This document shows positions 63,706 through 64,000 of a stretch of 64,000 nt of DNA, piece after piece. The stretch lies in NCBI RefSeq assembly GCF_006345805.1, contig NC_043011.1:14086464-14150463 (forward strand), given 5' to 3'. The notes below the pieces were generated by a model, which was given only the letters and a program-made list of their open reading frames with translations, made no database searches and was not told the DNA's origin. Source of the stretch: Octopus sinensis. Taxonomy: Eukaryota. How positions within the stretch are numbered: position 1 is the stretch's first letter; the number at the start of each line of letters is the position of its first letter. Both the position numbers and the translations under genes were made by a program.

Positions 63706-64000
63706 TTAATCACTGTTAATCACTTGAGTGATCAAATTTCAATCCATCTTAAGAGTGATCTCAGTGTTCTGGTAAGCTGTACATAATAAAATAAGCAAAC
63801 TTGTAAATGAATTTAGTAGATGAAAACTGAGAGAATCCCATCATATATATGTATGAAGGAGCAAGAATTCCTGAAATATGCATATACATCCACCTCCTAT
63901 TTTTCCATCTTCAATTGCATTTATTATATTAGATGTATTTGGGTACAAAACATCATAACAAATCAGTGCTTGCTGGATATAATTTTTATTAAAAAATCTG

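Overview
AT-rich, repeat-dense eukaryotic genomic DNA. The SINE, MITE and (TA)n content resembles octopus/cephalopod genomes; this is recalled pattern recognition, not a database result. One 100-N assembly gap lies at 31199-31298. The only confidently identified protein-coding gene is an intact, intronless FRG1 CDS (56444-57220, minus strand), bracketed by two copies of one MITE family. The rest is mostly interspersed repeats: three tRNA-head SINE families, RTE, CR1/L2-like, Tx1/L1 and Penelope retroelement fragments, a Tc1/mariner remnant, a Helitron-like element, several MITE families with checkable TSDs, microsatellites and a 114-bp tandem array. The strongest leads are: (1) a family of short (TA)n-flanked elements carrying minimal type-I hammerhead ribozyme motifs; (2) a young Tx1 LINE embedded in (GATA)n whose 3' end resembles the tail of an abundant SINE; (3) three GG...CC MITE families with 8-9 bp TSDs and internal telomere-like repeats; (4) a perfect 166-bp palindrome; (5) the exon-like 114-bp array. 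Coordinates of degenerate SINE/LINE copies are approximate. A few candidate exons of an unidentified host gene are low confidence.
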